Source: Candidatus Latescibacterota bacterium | GTDB lineage: Bacteria > Latescibacterota > UBA2968 > UBA8231 | Assembly (NCBI GenBank): GCA_965248265.1 | Contig: CBDFJF010000002.1 | Coordinates: forward strand, 1,920,001-1,984,000 | Length of the DNA: 64,000 nucleotides | Direction: 5' to 3' | Translations under genes and position numbers: made by a program | Notes under the pieces: generated by a model | The model's input: the letters and a program-made list of their open reading frames with translations, nothing else | Database searches by the model: none | What the model was told of the DNA's origin: nothing | In this document: positions 1 to 9,367 of the stretch, piece by piece | How the letters are laid out: every line of letters begins with the position of its first letter | Position numbering within the stretch: the first letter of the stretch is position 1

Positions 1-18
1 GTCGCGAAAGCCGAGCTG

Positions 19-915
19 GTGGCTGAACTGACCGATCAATACAGCCTCGAGCCGGTGCCAGAAGGCATCGCCGCCTGCGTCGAGGCACTGCGCGCCGGCG
101 CGGGGAACCTCGGCCACGACCCGTCCGCGATCGTCCTCTTCAGGTACGACGGCGGAGAGGTCACAGCTGTCGACCTGATCGTCGCGGCCAGAGGTCGCAA
201 GGGTACCGTCCTGGAGTCATTCCGAGACCCTGAGCAGGTGGTCTCCTTTGCCGAGGAGAACATCATCCCGGACAAGATGATTCAGGAGGCGGCCGTGCGC
301 CTGGGCATCGATCGTGAAGAGGCTATGGTTCAATGGCTCGAACAGCACGGGAAGCAGACATTGGCTGAAGCTCTCAGGTCCTCCGTGTTGAGGGAGAAAG
401 TGAATATAACCGAAGACGACCTGCGCCAGTACTACGAGGCCAACTCTCATCGACTACTGCATCCCGAACAAACAGAAGTACAGGAGATCCTGGTGGGTAC
501 GGAAGCAGAAGCCCTGCGCTTGAAAGGGATGATCGAAGATGGCGCCACGTTCGGTGACCTGGCGAAGGGACATTCTATCCGGTCGCTGGAGGTGCGTGAT
601 GACGAAGGCGTATTCCACGTGCACCGCCACGAATCGCCCCGGTTCGGCGGTTTCGTGGAAGCTACTGTAGAGGCCGAAATCGGCGCGCTCATCGGACCGG
701 TCAAGGTGCAAGAGGGCTACTCCCTCTTCAAGGTGCTGTCCCGGGAACGCAAGCGCGAGACCTTCGACGAGGCTGAGATGAGGGTCAGGTCCGAATTGAC
801 ACGCAAGAGACGCCGCGACGCGTTCAACGAGTCCATGGAAGAGCTGCGCAGCCGCTACGAGTCAGAGGTGGCGATTCACGAGGACAGGCTCGAAGCTGCG
901 TTTACCGTGCAGTAG
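19..915 (+). CDS. Parvulin/PpiC-type peptidyl-prolyl isomerase (SurA/PrsA-like), probably 5'-truncated by the window edge
   Basis: Rotamase motifs 'VQEILV...EAEALRLK...GATFGDLAKGHS' and 'GPVKVQEGYSLFKV'; the frame is open to the window start. Confidence 0.8.
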   Translation: MAELTDQYSLEPVPEGIAACVEALRAGAGNLGHDPSAIVLFRYDGGEVTAVDLIVAARGRKGTVLESFRDPEQVVSFAEENIIPDKMIQEAAVRLGIDREEAMVQWLEQHGKQTLAEALRSSVLREKVNITEDDLRQYYEANSHRLLHPEQTEVQEILVGTEAEALRLKGMIEDGATFGDLAKGHSIRSLEVRDDEGVFHVHRHESPRFGGFVEATVEAEIGALIGPVKVQEGYSLFKVLSRERKRETFDEAEMRVRSELTRKRRRDAFNESMEELRSRYESEVAIHEDRLEAAFTVQ

Positions 916-931
916 GGGCGATTCCCCTTCC
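895..931 (+). repeat. Direct repeat copy 1 (GCKGCRTTTACCGTGCAGTRGGGGCGATTCC)
   Basis: 33/37 identical to 11648-11684; contains the PPIase stop on + and a GIAPTAR* end on -. Confidence 0.9.
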
Positions 932-1148
932 TGGAAACGGGCTCGCAAGCGTCCATCGACCGGCTCGCAGGCCCTGATCCACCCCCAATGCACACGCCCA
1001 TCGTGACCTGCACCCATCCCGCCGCTCACCACCCCTCTCGACACGATTCCGCCGCCGACCTAGAGTAATCATAATTGCGGTTATCGGTCTATACATAAGC
1101 ACAGCGTCAATCCACACATCCAAGTCCTCACCTTCGCTGGAGTCTACA

Positions 1149-2651
1149 ATGTCTAGGTTGTTCTTGCGCAGATTTATGACCGCCATTTGTGTGGTTAACT
1201 GCGTCTGTCTTGTATCCATTGCCGCCGAGCCGGTGGACATCGGCTCGCACCGCGAGCTATTCGTCGATGACCATTTTGTCGAGAGGATCGAGGGCGATGC
1301 GCGGCTTGAATTGCAGCGGCCGGTGCCGCGGGATGTGGCGCTGGTCGCCGACGCGCCGTGGGAGGGAAACACCAGTATGTACTACACGCTGTTTCGTGAC
1401 AAAGATGCTTCCGGCGAGGACATCTGCCGCATGTACTACCGCGGCGCGAACTACGACCTGGAGAAGCGCACCGGGACGCACAACCAGGTGGTCTGCTATG
1501 CCGAGAGCAAGGACGCCATCCACTGGACGAAGCCGAATCTGGGGCTAGTCGAATTCGAGGGCTCGAAAGAGAACAACATTGTGTGGGACGGTGCCGGCGC
1601 CCACTGCTTTGCTCCCTTCAAGGACACCAATCCGAACTGCCCACCCGGGTCCCGCTACAAGGCACTCTCGCAGGTCCACAAGAGCGGCAGGCCCCATCAT
1701 GGGGTGCAAGGCGAAATGACCGTCTTCGCCTACAAGTCGCCCGACGGCCTCCGGTGGACGATCAGCGACGGCCCGCTGATCACCAAGGGGGACTTCGATT
1801 CGCAGAACCTGGCCTTCTGGGATCCGCATGCCGGACTATACCGCGAATACCACCGCGTCCGCTTTTTTCAAGATCCAAGCGGAGAGCTTGTCTTGGGCGG
1901 CATACGCGCTCGTCCGGGATTCCGGTCCATCATGACCTCCACGTCGAGCGACTTTTTGAATTGGGTGACCTGGACCGAGCCGGAGCTGCTGGAATTCGAC
2001 GATGACATCGGCCCGGAGCACCTGTACACGAACGCGGTGATGTCGTACCCCCGTGCGCCGCAGATCCTGATCGGCTTCCCCACCCGACTGCTTCCCGAGC
2101 AGAACAACCGCGTGGAGCCGATCCTGATGACCAGCCGCGACGGACGCAGGTTCAAGCGGTGGCCCGACCCGGTGATTCCCGAGGACGCGCCGGAGGAACG
2201 GGCCGGCAACCGCAGCAACTACATGGCCTGGGGGCTCCTGCCCACCCCGGGCAACGACCGCGAGTACTCGGTTTACGCCTCCGAAAACTACCTCTCCACG
2301 ACCCCCACCCGGCTACGGCGTTTCACGTACCGCCTCGACGGATTCGTGGCGCTGCGCGGCGGCGCGGATGGCGGCCAGCTCACCACGAGGCCGCTGTTGG
2401 TGGGCGGCGGGAAGCTGGAGATCAACTATGTGACCCGGCCCGGCGGCCACGTGCGGGTGGGGATCGAGGACGCCGACGGCCAGCCGCTGGCCAACTTTTC
2501 AGCCGCAGACTGCGACCCGCTCGAGGGCGACCAGATCGCAAAGCTCGTCACCTGGAAGAGTGATGGGCAGGGTCCGTTTCCCGGAAGGCCAGTGCGGGTG
2601 CGGTTTGAGGTCAAAGACGCGGAGGTGTATTCGTTTCGGTTCAAGAATTGA
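1149..2651 (+). CDS. Secreted beta-propeller glycoside hydrolase-like protein (GH32/43/130-like fold)
   Basis: Signal peptide; 'RELFVDD', 'CYAESKDAIHWTKPNLG', 'FDSQNLAFWD', 'RLDGFVAL', C-terminal 'YSFRF'. Confidence 0.7.
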   Translation: MSRLFLRRFMTAICVVNCVCLVSIAAEPVDIGSHRELFVDDHFVERIEGDARLELQRPVPRDVALVADAPWEGNTSMYYTLFRDKDASGEDICRMYYRGANYDLEKRTGTHNQVVCYAESKDAIHWTKPNLGLVEFEGSKENNIVWDGAGAHCFAPFKDTNPNCPPGSRYKALSQVHKSGRPHHGVQGEMTVFAYKSPDGLRWTISDGPLITKGDFDSQNLAFWDPHAGLYREYHRVRFFQDPSGELVLGGIRARPGFRSIMTSTSSDFLNWVTWTEPELLEFDDDIGPEHLYTNAVMSYPRAPQILIGFPTRLLPEQNNRVEPILMTSRDGRRFKRWPDPVIPEDAPEERAGNRSNYMAWGLLPTPGNDREYSVYASENYLSTTPTRLRRFTYRLDGFVALRGGADGGQLTTRPLLVGGGKLEINYVTRPGGHVRVGIEDADGQPLANFSAADCDPLEGDQIAKLVTWKSDGQGPFPGRPVRVRFEVKDAEVYSFRFKN

Positions 2652-2773
2652 GCGAGGTTTCTTGAAAGGGTACAGCGCCGCCTGCGTGGCCGCCCTTGCC
2701 CGGGCGCGCCGAGCGGCGATTCTTGAAAGGCACGGCAGATTCCCGACGCACCGTCCGAAAGGAGATAGCTCAC

Positions 2774-4813
2774 ATGAAGAAGGCAATGCTTGTCATTGTG
2801 GCGGTGCTTGTAGTAGCGCTCGCTATGCTGTTTTCCTGCGGCCAGAAAGAGAGCCACACACCCACCGGCGAGCAGGACGCGGCGGGGACCGAGGTGTCCA
2901 CTGCGGTGTCCACCAACGAGCTCGGAAAGGTCGTGAACAAGAGCTACGAGTTCGTGGATCCCAGGACCGGGGATGCGGGAACGGTCGAGATCGAGCGCTT
3001 TCAGGCTTCTCCCGTGTGGAAGGAAATGGTCGAGGCCGGCAAGCTCCCACCCATAGACGAGCGATTGCCTGAAGAGCCCCTGGTCATCAAGCCGATCGAG
3101 AGCATCGGCAAGTACGGCGGCTGGATGGTAAATCTGAGAACCGCCCAGCGCCGTTCCTGGTCAAGAGGCTTGCAGTATGAGTGGCTGGTCAATTGGACCT
3201 ATCCCTACTTCGAGCGCCTGAACCCCAACGTGGCCAAGGGTTGGGAAGTCTCGCCGGACGCGCGAAAGGTGACTTTCTTCCTGCGCAAAGGCATGAAGTG
3301 GAGCGACGGAACGCCCTTCACCGCCGACGCGATCACCTGGTGGTTCGACCACATCGTCCTCAACGACGAGCTCTACCCAACCAAACCGGGGCGTTTCCTG
3401 ACCAGAGGGAACCTGCCCACCGTCCGCAAGCTCAATGAAACCACGGTCGAGTTCGCGTTCACGGATCCCTACCCGATGTTCGTGGAGAACATGGCCCGGT
3501 GCCGGCCCATGTCGTACGCACCCGGACATTATCTAGAAGAGTTCCATCCCGACTTTGCCGGGAAGGAAGACATAGAGAAGATGATGGTGGAAGGCGGCTT
3601 CGACATCTGGGCCGACTTCTTCCGCAGCAAGTGGGACTTCTACAGCAATCCCGATATGCCCACCATCAGCGGCTGGAAGGCGATCAACTACCAGGAGGAA
3701 GTGATCTTCAAGGTCGAGCGCAATCCCTACTACTGGAAGGTCGACACCGAGGGTAAGCAGCTGCCCTACGCAGACGGCATGGAATACGCTTTGGTGCAAA
3801 ACGCCGAGACATGGCTCTTGCAACTGATGGCGGGTGAGCTCACCTGGGCTTTCGGCAGCTCAATTGGCGGATTGGCCAACCTGCCGCTCGTGATGCAGAA
3901 CCAGGAAAGGGGCAACTACCGGATCGTGACCCCATATTGGCCCCCCAACAACGTCTGCACCACGTACTTCAATTTCGCCAATGCTGATCCCGCAAAGAGG
4001 AAGATCATCAACGACCGGAAGTTCCGTCTCGCCCTGCTCAAGGCCATCAACTGGGAGGAGGTGAACGAGATCATTTACGACGGCGGCGCCCTGCCGACGT
4101 GGCCGCGATCGGTGGCGCCGTACGATCCGGATAGTCCTCTGTTCCAGACCCACATCGGCCGGGACATCAGCGAGGCCAATCGGCTACTGGATGAGATGGG
4201 TCTGACGGCCAAGGACAGCGACGGCTTCCGGCTAGGCCCGGACGGGAACGAGCTCATCTTCGTGACGGTTACCATGACCAACTCGCCCCCAGAGGCCGCC
4301 GAGGTCGCTGAGCTCTATCGCGGGTACTGGGGGGAAGTGGGCATCAGGACCGTGGTCAAGTCGCAGAGCCCCCAGTTCGTCACGGAGATGATGCAGGCGG
4401 GTGAGTACGATCTTCACCTGCGCTGGGGGGCCCCGGGCGGGCGTCCCATGAACGTCTTCACTCGCGGGCAGTTGCTTCCCATCAATGCTTGGTGGTTGGT
4501 TTGCCCCCCGTGGGGCGAGTGGACGTCCAGCGGGGGCAAGAAAGGTGAGGAGCCGCCGGAGTACGTCAAGCGGCTCCACGCGATCTACGAAGAAGGCATG
4601 GTCGAGCCGTCGGAGGCGAAGCGCAAGGATCTCGTCATGGAAGCATTTGAGATTTACGTTGACCATCTCCTGATGCTTCCGGGATTCGAAGCGAAGCGAG
4701 CCACGTACACCGCGGTGACGAAATCGCTGCGGAACTTCAGTGTGGGCGACGAGCCGTATGGGACAACGGAGTTCGCCATTGTTCCCTCGCAGACCTTCTA
4801 TTTCGACGACTAG
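2774..4813 (+). CDS. ABC transporter substrate-binding lipoprotein, family 5 (likely oligosaccharide-binding)
   Basis: Lipobox-like LFSC; 'GKLPPIDERLPEEP', 'LRKGMKWSDGTPFTAD', 'RNPYYWKVDTEGKQLPY'; RBS GGAG before ATG 2774. Confidence 0.9.
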   Translation: MKKAMLVIVAVLVVALAMLFSCGQKESHTPTGEQDAAGTEVSTAVSTNELGKVVNKSYEFVDPRTGDAGTVEIERFQASPVWKEMVEAGKLPPIDERLPEEPLVIKPIESIGKYGGWMVNLRTAQRRSWSRGLQYEWLVNWTYPYFERLNPNVAKGWEVSPDARKVTFFLRKGMKWSDGTPFTADAITWWFDHIVLNDELYPTKPGRFLTRGNLPTVRKLNETTVEFAFTDPYPMFVENMARCRPMSYAPGHYLEEFHPDFAGKEDIEKMMVEGGFDIWADFFRSKWDFYSNPDMPTISGWKAINYQEEVIFKVERNPYYWKVDTEGKQLPYADGMEYALVQNAETWLLQLMAGELTWAFGSSIGGLANLPLVMQNQERGNYRIVTPYWPPNNVCTTYFNFANADPAKRKIINDRKFRLALLKAINWEEVNEIIYDGGALPTWPRSVAPYDPDSPLFQTHIGRDISEANRLLDEMGLTAKDSDGFRLGPDGNELIFVTVTMTNSPPEAAEVAELYRGYWGEVGIRTVVKSQSPQFVTEMMQAGEYDLHLRWGAPGGRPMNVFTRGQLLPINAWWLVCPPWGEWTSSGGKKGEEPPEYVKRLHAIYEEGMVEPSEAKRKDLVMEAFEIYVDHLLMLPGFEAKRATYTAVTKSLRNFSVGDEPYGTTEFAIVPSQTFYFDD

Positions 4814-4831
4814 ACGGGGACAGCCTTTGTC

Positions 4832-5818
4832 ATGTTACGCTTCATAGGCCGTCGTTTGCTCCTGATGGTGCCCACGCTGATCGCCATCTCCATGCTCTCG
4901 TTCCTCATCATCCAGCTTCCACCCGGTGACTATCTTTCCTTTTACGTGGCCAATCTATCTCAGCAAGGGGAGGAAATAGACGAAGCTGAATTGGAGGCCA
5001 TCAAAGCCCGTTATGGCCTCGATCAACCCATGCCGCTGCAGTACCTGACATGGCTGTGGGGATTCATCCGCGGAGACATGGGCAGGTCGATGCAGTGGGG
5101 AGCGCCAGTGGAGAGCCTCATCGCCGACCGACTCCCCATGAGCATGGCCATCTCGCTTGCCTCGTTGATATTCGTCTACCTCGTGGCCATACCCATCGGG
5201 ACGTATTCCGCGACTCATCAGTACTCAATTGGCGACTACGTCTTCACGACGGTCGGTTTCATCGGATTGGCCATTCCGAACTTCTTCCTGGCGCTGGTTC
5301 TGCTCTACTACTACTACGTGGCCACTGGAGACGTCCTGGTGGGATTCTTCTCCAGAGCCTACCAGGATGCGCCGTGGAGCTTCGCCAGGCTGTGGGACAT
5401 GATGAAGCACCTGTGGCTGCCCACTGTGGTGGTAGGCACCGCCGGTACCTGCGGCCTCATTCGTGTGATGCGGGCCAATCTGCTCGACGAACTGCAGAAG
5501 CCGTACGTCATGGTCGCTCGGTCCAAAGGGCTTTCGAGACGACGCGTGCTGTACAAGTATCCCTTCCGCATGGCGATCAATCCCATGATCAGTACCATCG
5601 GGTGGATGCTCCCCACCCTGTTCGGGGGCGAGCTCCTCGTGTCGATGGTGCTCAACATTCCCACGATTTCTCCGTTGTTCGTGGGCGCGCTTCTGAGCCA
5701 GGATATGTTCCTCGCCGGATCAATCGTGATGATCGTCAGCTCGTTGACGGTGATCGGGACGCTCATATCCGATATCGCCCTGGGGTGGGTGGACCCCCGT
5801 ATCCGGGAGGCCGTGTAG
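4832..5818 (+). CDS. ABC permease, DppB/OppB-like
   Basis: 'RRLLLMVPTL', EAA-loop region 'ARSKGLS', end 'DPRIR'. Confidence 0.92.
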   Translation: MLRFIGRRLLLMVPTLIAISMLSFLIIQLPPGDYLSFYVANLSQQGEEIDEAELEAIKARYGLDQPMPLQYLTWLWGFIRGDMGRSMQWGAPVESLIADRLPMSMAISLASLIFVYLVAIPIGTYSATHQYSIGDYVFTTVGFIGLAIPNFFLALVLLYYYYVATGDVLVGFFSRAYQDAPWSFARLWDMMKHLWLPTVVVGTAGTCGLIRVMRANLLDELQKPYVMVARSKGLSRRRVLYKYPFRMAINPMISTIGWMLPTLFGGELLVSMVLNIPTISPLFVGALLSQDMFLAGSIVMIVSSLTVIGTLISDIALGWVDPRIREAV

Positions 5819-5819
5819 G

Positions 5820-6932
5820 GTGAAGGGGAAGAAGAATACAACTGGGGATCGCCTGCTGGTCGCTTCGCAATGGCAGCTCATTCGCTGGAAGTTCTTCCGG
5901 CACAAGCTCGCCGTGGGAGCGCTTGTTGTTCTTGGTTTCCTCTATTTCGGGGCCATCTTCGCAGAGTTCGTGGCGCCCATGGATCCGACACAGATCAATG
6001 CCAGGCGCAAGCTCTGCCCGCAGACGAAGATCCACTTCAGTGACGAGAATGGCCTACACCTGCGGCCGTTTGTCTATGGTCTCACCCACACCAAGGATCC
6101 CGAGACGTTGCTGAGGACCTACTCCGAGGACAAGAGTGTCACCTATCGGATACGTTTTTTCGTTTCCTCCTCGGAGTACAAGCTGTGGGGCCTGTTCCGG
6201 AGCAACATCCATCTCTTCGGGGTTGAAGAAGGCGGTGAACTCTTCTTGTTGGGAACGGACCTGTATGGTCGGGACCTGTTTTCCCGCATCATCTACGGTT
6301 CCAGAATATCGCTATCCATAGGGCTCGTCGGCATCGCCGTCAGCTTCGTCCTCGGGGTGTTGATCGGCGGCGTCTCCGGCTACGTCGGCGGAACCGTGGA
6401 CGTGGTGATTCAACGCGTCATCGAGTTCATCAAGTCCATTCCGACCCTGCCGTTGTGGATGGGGCTGAGTGTAGCTCTCCCGCCACACTGGTCCATGATC
6501 AAGGTCTATTTCGGTATCGTGATCATTCTTTCTCTGATCGGGTGGCCGGATCTTGCCCGGGTGGTGCGCGGCAAGTTCATGGCCCTGCGGGAAGAGGATT
6601 TCGTCATGGCTGCTCGATTGCACGGAGCAGGGCAGCTCAAGATCATCCTGAAACACATGCTGCCTTCATTCTACAGCCACATCATCGCCTCGTTGACTCT
6701 CTCGGTGCCAGGGATGATTCTGGGTGAGAGCGCGTTGAGTTTCATAGGCCTGGGGCTGCAGGCGCCGGCCATAAGTTGGGGGGTGCTTCTGCAACAGGGG
6801 CAGGCTATCCGGGTATTGGCAAACGCGCCTTGGCTCATGCTCCCGGGGTTGTGGATCATCGTAACGATCATGGCGTTCAATTTCGTCGGCGACGGGTTGC
6901 GGGATGCGGCCGACCCGTATGCCACGGTGTGA
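5820..6932 (+). CDS. ABC permease, DppC/OppC-like
   Basis: 'LGTDLYGRDLFSRIIYGSRISL', 'FNFVGDGLRDAADP'. Confidence 0.92.
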   Translation: MKGKKNTTGDRLLVASQWQLIRWKFFRHKLAVGALVVLGFLYFGAIFAEFVAPMDPTQINARRKLCPQTKIHFSDENGLHLRPFVYGLTHTKDPETLLRTYSEDKSVTYRIRFFVSSSEYKLWGLFRSNIHLFGVEEGGELFLLGTDLYGRDLFSRIIYGSRISLSIGLVGIAVSFVLGVLIGGVSGYVGGTVDVVIQRVIEFIKSIPTLPLWMGLSVALPPHWSMIKVYFGIVIILSLIGWPDLARVVRGKFMALREEDFVMAARLHGAGQLKIILKHMLPSFYSHIIASLTLSVPGMILGESALSFIGLGLQAPAISWGVLLQQGQAIRVLANAPWLMLPGLWIIVTIMAFNFVGDGLRDAADPYATV

Positions 6933-6943
6933 GGAATTTCGAT

Positions 6944-7948
6944 ATGCGCTGCCAAGGGGATGATCATTTACTCAGAGTTGTCAACCTGGGGACCCATTTC
7001 TTCTCCCGGGAAGGGACTGTCCGGGCTGTAGATGGCGTGGACTTCGCACTCAGACGAGGACAGACCCTGGGCATCGTCGGTGAGAGTGGGTGTGGCAAGA
7101 GCGTTACGGCGCAGTCCATTCTGCGGATCGTGCCAAAGAACGGCGAGATCGTCACTGGACAGATACTTCTGAAGACGGCAGACGAGGTCGTGGATCTGGC
7201 GCAGCTCGATCCCGAAGGGGATGAGATTCGCGCCATCCAGGGCAAGGAAGTCGCCATGATCTTCCAGGAGCCCATGACATCGTTTTGCCCGGTGTACACC
7301 ATCGGCAATCAGATTACCGAAGTGATCCAGCTTCATCAGGAGGCCACAAAGGGCGAGGCTCACGAGCGGGCCCTGGACATACTACGTCAGGTCAGTATGC
7401 CCAATCCTGAACAGGCCATCGATGCCTATCCCTTCAATCTCAGTGGCGGCATGCGCCAGAGAGCCATGATCGCCATGGCGTTATCGTGCCGTCCCAGCCT
7501 GCTCATCGCCGACGAACCCACCACAGCCGTGGATGTCACGATTCAGGCCCAAGTGCTCGATCTGATTTCCAAACTCCAGCGGGAGCTGGGCATGGCTGTC
7601 ATCCTCATAACCCACGATCTGGGAGTCGTCGGTGACCTGGCAGATGAGGTGTTGGTCATGTATCTGGGAAGAAACGTGGAGTGCGCCGAGGCCCGCCAGC
7701 TCTTCCGCGATCCCAAGCACCCCTACACCCAGGGGCTCCTGGCATCCATACCCAAGCTCGGTGAAGGCGGGCGCAAGATAGAGCCTATTTCCGGTTCGGT
7801 GCCGAGCGTCTACGAGATGCCGAAAGGATGCAGATTTCATCCCCGTTGCCCCGAGTTCATCAGTGGTGTGTGCGACGAGCGGGAGCCGCCCTCTGTGGAG
7901 ACGGAGCCGCGTCACTTTGTGAGTTGCTGGCTCTACGCGGACAGGTAG
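6944..7948 (+). CDS. ABC ATPase, DppD/OppD-like
   Basis: Walker [26 protein letters not shown]-terminal 'GCRFHPRC'. Confidence 0.93.
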   Translation: MRCQGDDHLLRVVNLGTHFFSREGTVRAVDGVDFALRRGQTLGIVGESGCGKSVTAQSILRIVPKNGEIVTGQILLKTADEVVDLAQLDPEGDEIRAIQGKEVAMIFQEPMTSFCPVYTIGNQITEVIQLHQEATKGEAHERALDILRQVSMPNPEQAIDAYPFNLSGGMRQRAMIAMALSCRPSLLIADEPTTAVDVTIQAQVLDLISKLQRELGMAVILITHDLGVVGDLADEVLVMYLGRNVECAEARQLFRDPKHPYTQGLLASIPKLGEGGRKIEPISGSVPSVYEMPKGCRFHPRCPEFISGVCDEREPPSVETEPRHFVSCWLYADR

Positions 7949-7954
7949 GATGGT

Positions 7955-8983
7955 ATGAACAACAGAGTCCTTCTTCGAGTAGAGGATCTAAAGAAGCACT
8001 TCGTTCGAACGCACGGCCTGCGGAGAAAGGTAACGGGGATAGTGAAGGCCGTCGACGGCGTCAGCCTCCACATACGCTCAGGGGAGACCCTCGCTCTGGT
8101 GGGGGAAAGCGGTAGCGGCAAGACCACCCTGGGCCGATCGGTGCTGCGGGCGATAGAGCCGACATCCGATTCCATTACCTATCACCTGAAAGACGACGAG
8201 CCCATCGATTTCATGGCTCTGGACATGACAGAATTGAAGGAGATACGCCGGCACCTGTCCATGGTATTTCAGGATCCTTACTCCTCCCTCAACCCTCGGA
8301 TGAGTGTGCTGGACATCGTGGGGGAACCCCTCATCAATTACGGTGTGATGAGGCGCAAGGAGCAGATCCAGGAACGAGTAGCCGAGCTCCTGCGCATGGT
8401 CCGATTGGACCCGGAGTACATGGGCAGATATCCCCACGCCTTCAGCGGCGGACAACGCCAGAGAATCGCGATTGCTCGTGCCCTGTCGTTGGATCCGCAA
8501 TTCATCGTGCTCGACGAGCCGGTTTCGGCCCTCGATGTGTCGGTGCAGGCCCAAGTGCTGAATCTGCTCAAGGAGCTCCAGGACGAGCTCAACCTGACGT
8601 ATCTGTTCATCGCGCACGATCTCGCCGCGATCGAGTACGTGAGCAGCCGCGTGGCGGTAATGTATGTTGGCCGGATCGTGGAGATGTCGGCGACCGAGGA
8701 AGTCTTCAGAAGTCCCCGTCACCCATATACGGAAGCGCTCTTGTCCGCCGTTCCGAAAGGGGATCCGGACAACAGAAGCGAGCGGATTGTCCTGGAAGGT
8801 GATGTGGCCGACCCCGCCAATCCGCCGTCGGGCTGCTACTTCCATCCTCGGTGCCGCTATGCCGAGGCCATTTGCCGAGAGCGCACGCCGCCGCTGATTG
8901 ATGTGGGCGCCCCGCACGAGGCCGAGCATTTGGCAGCGTGTCATTTCGCCGAAGAGCTCAAGCTGGCCGGCGTTGGTGGGTGA
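7955..8983 (+). CDS. ABC ATPase, DppF/OppF-like
   Basis: [25 protein letters not shown], 'GCYFHPRC'. Confidence 0.93.
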   Translation: MNNRVLLRVEDLKKHFVRTHGLRRKVTGIVKAVDGVSLHIRSGETLALVGESGSGKTTLGRSVLRAIEPTSDSITYHLKDDEPIDFMALDMTELKEIRRHLSMVFQDPYSSLNPRMSVLDIVGEPLINYGVMRRKEQIQERVAELLRMVRLDPEYMGRYPHAFSGGQRQRIAIARALSLDPQFIVLDEPVSALDVSVQAQVLNLLKELQDELNLTYLFIAHDLAAIEYVSSRVAVMYVGRIVEMSATEEVFRSPRHPYTEALLSAVPKGDPDNRSERIVLEGDVADPANPPSGCYFHPRCRYAEAICRERTPPLIDVGAPHEAEHLAACHFAEELKLAGVGG

Positions 8984-8984
8984 G

Positions 8985-9016
8985 GCGGCGTTTACCGTGC
9001 AGTGGGGGCGATTCCG
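8985..9016 (+). repeat. Direct repeat copy 2
   Basis: 31/32 identical to 11648-11679; begins 2 bp after the ABC ATPase stop. Confidence 0.9.
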
Positions 9017-9367
9017 GCGCCGATCTGAACCGTTTATGGGCCCATTTTTCTCGCGACTACTGTGAACTCTAAAGTGACCTTTCTCACCTGACCAACGCCA
9101 TCTTGCGCGTTTCGATGAATTCCTTTCCCGCCTGTAGCCGATATACATACACGCCAGCGAATCGGCTGAAATCCATGCCTCGCACGCCTCCTCACGCACC
9201 CACGACAGCTATCGTACCCAATCCACACGGGAAAACAGCGCCTCGACAGGCCAGCGTCGGTTCACCATAGTCACGATAATACCTTTTATCTTTCCTATAT
9301 TCTGTTGGTCTTTCTCATCCTTCATCCTTTTCTTTTGATGGTAGATTTATAAATAGATCAGGCGAAG

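Noticed and set aside
2659-2730. TTCTTGAAAGG direct repeat upstream of the substrate-binding protein
   Set aside because: Only two 11-bp copies; could be an operator but cannot be supported further.
8078-9199. Long alternative-frame ORFs (e.g. 8078-9199, 36181-37371, 39027-40103, 41061-42446, 44294-45430)
   Set aside because: Shadow frames of well-supported genes, expected in high-GC DNA; no family motifs.
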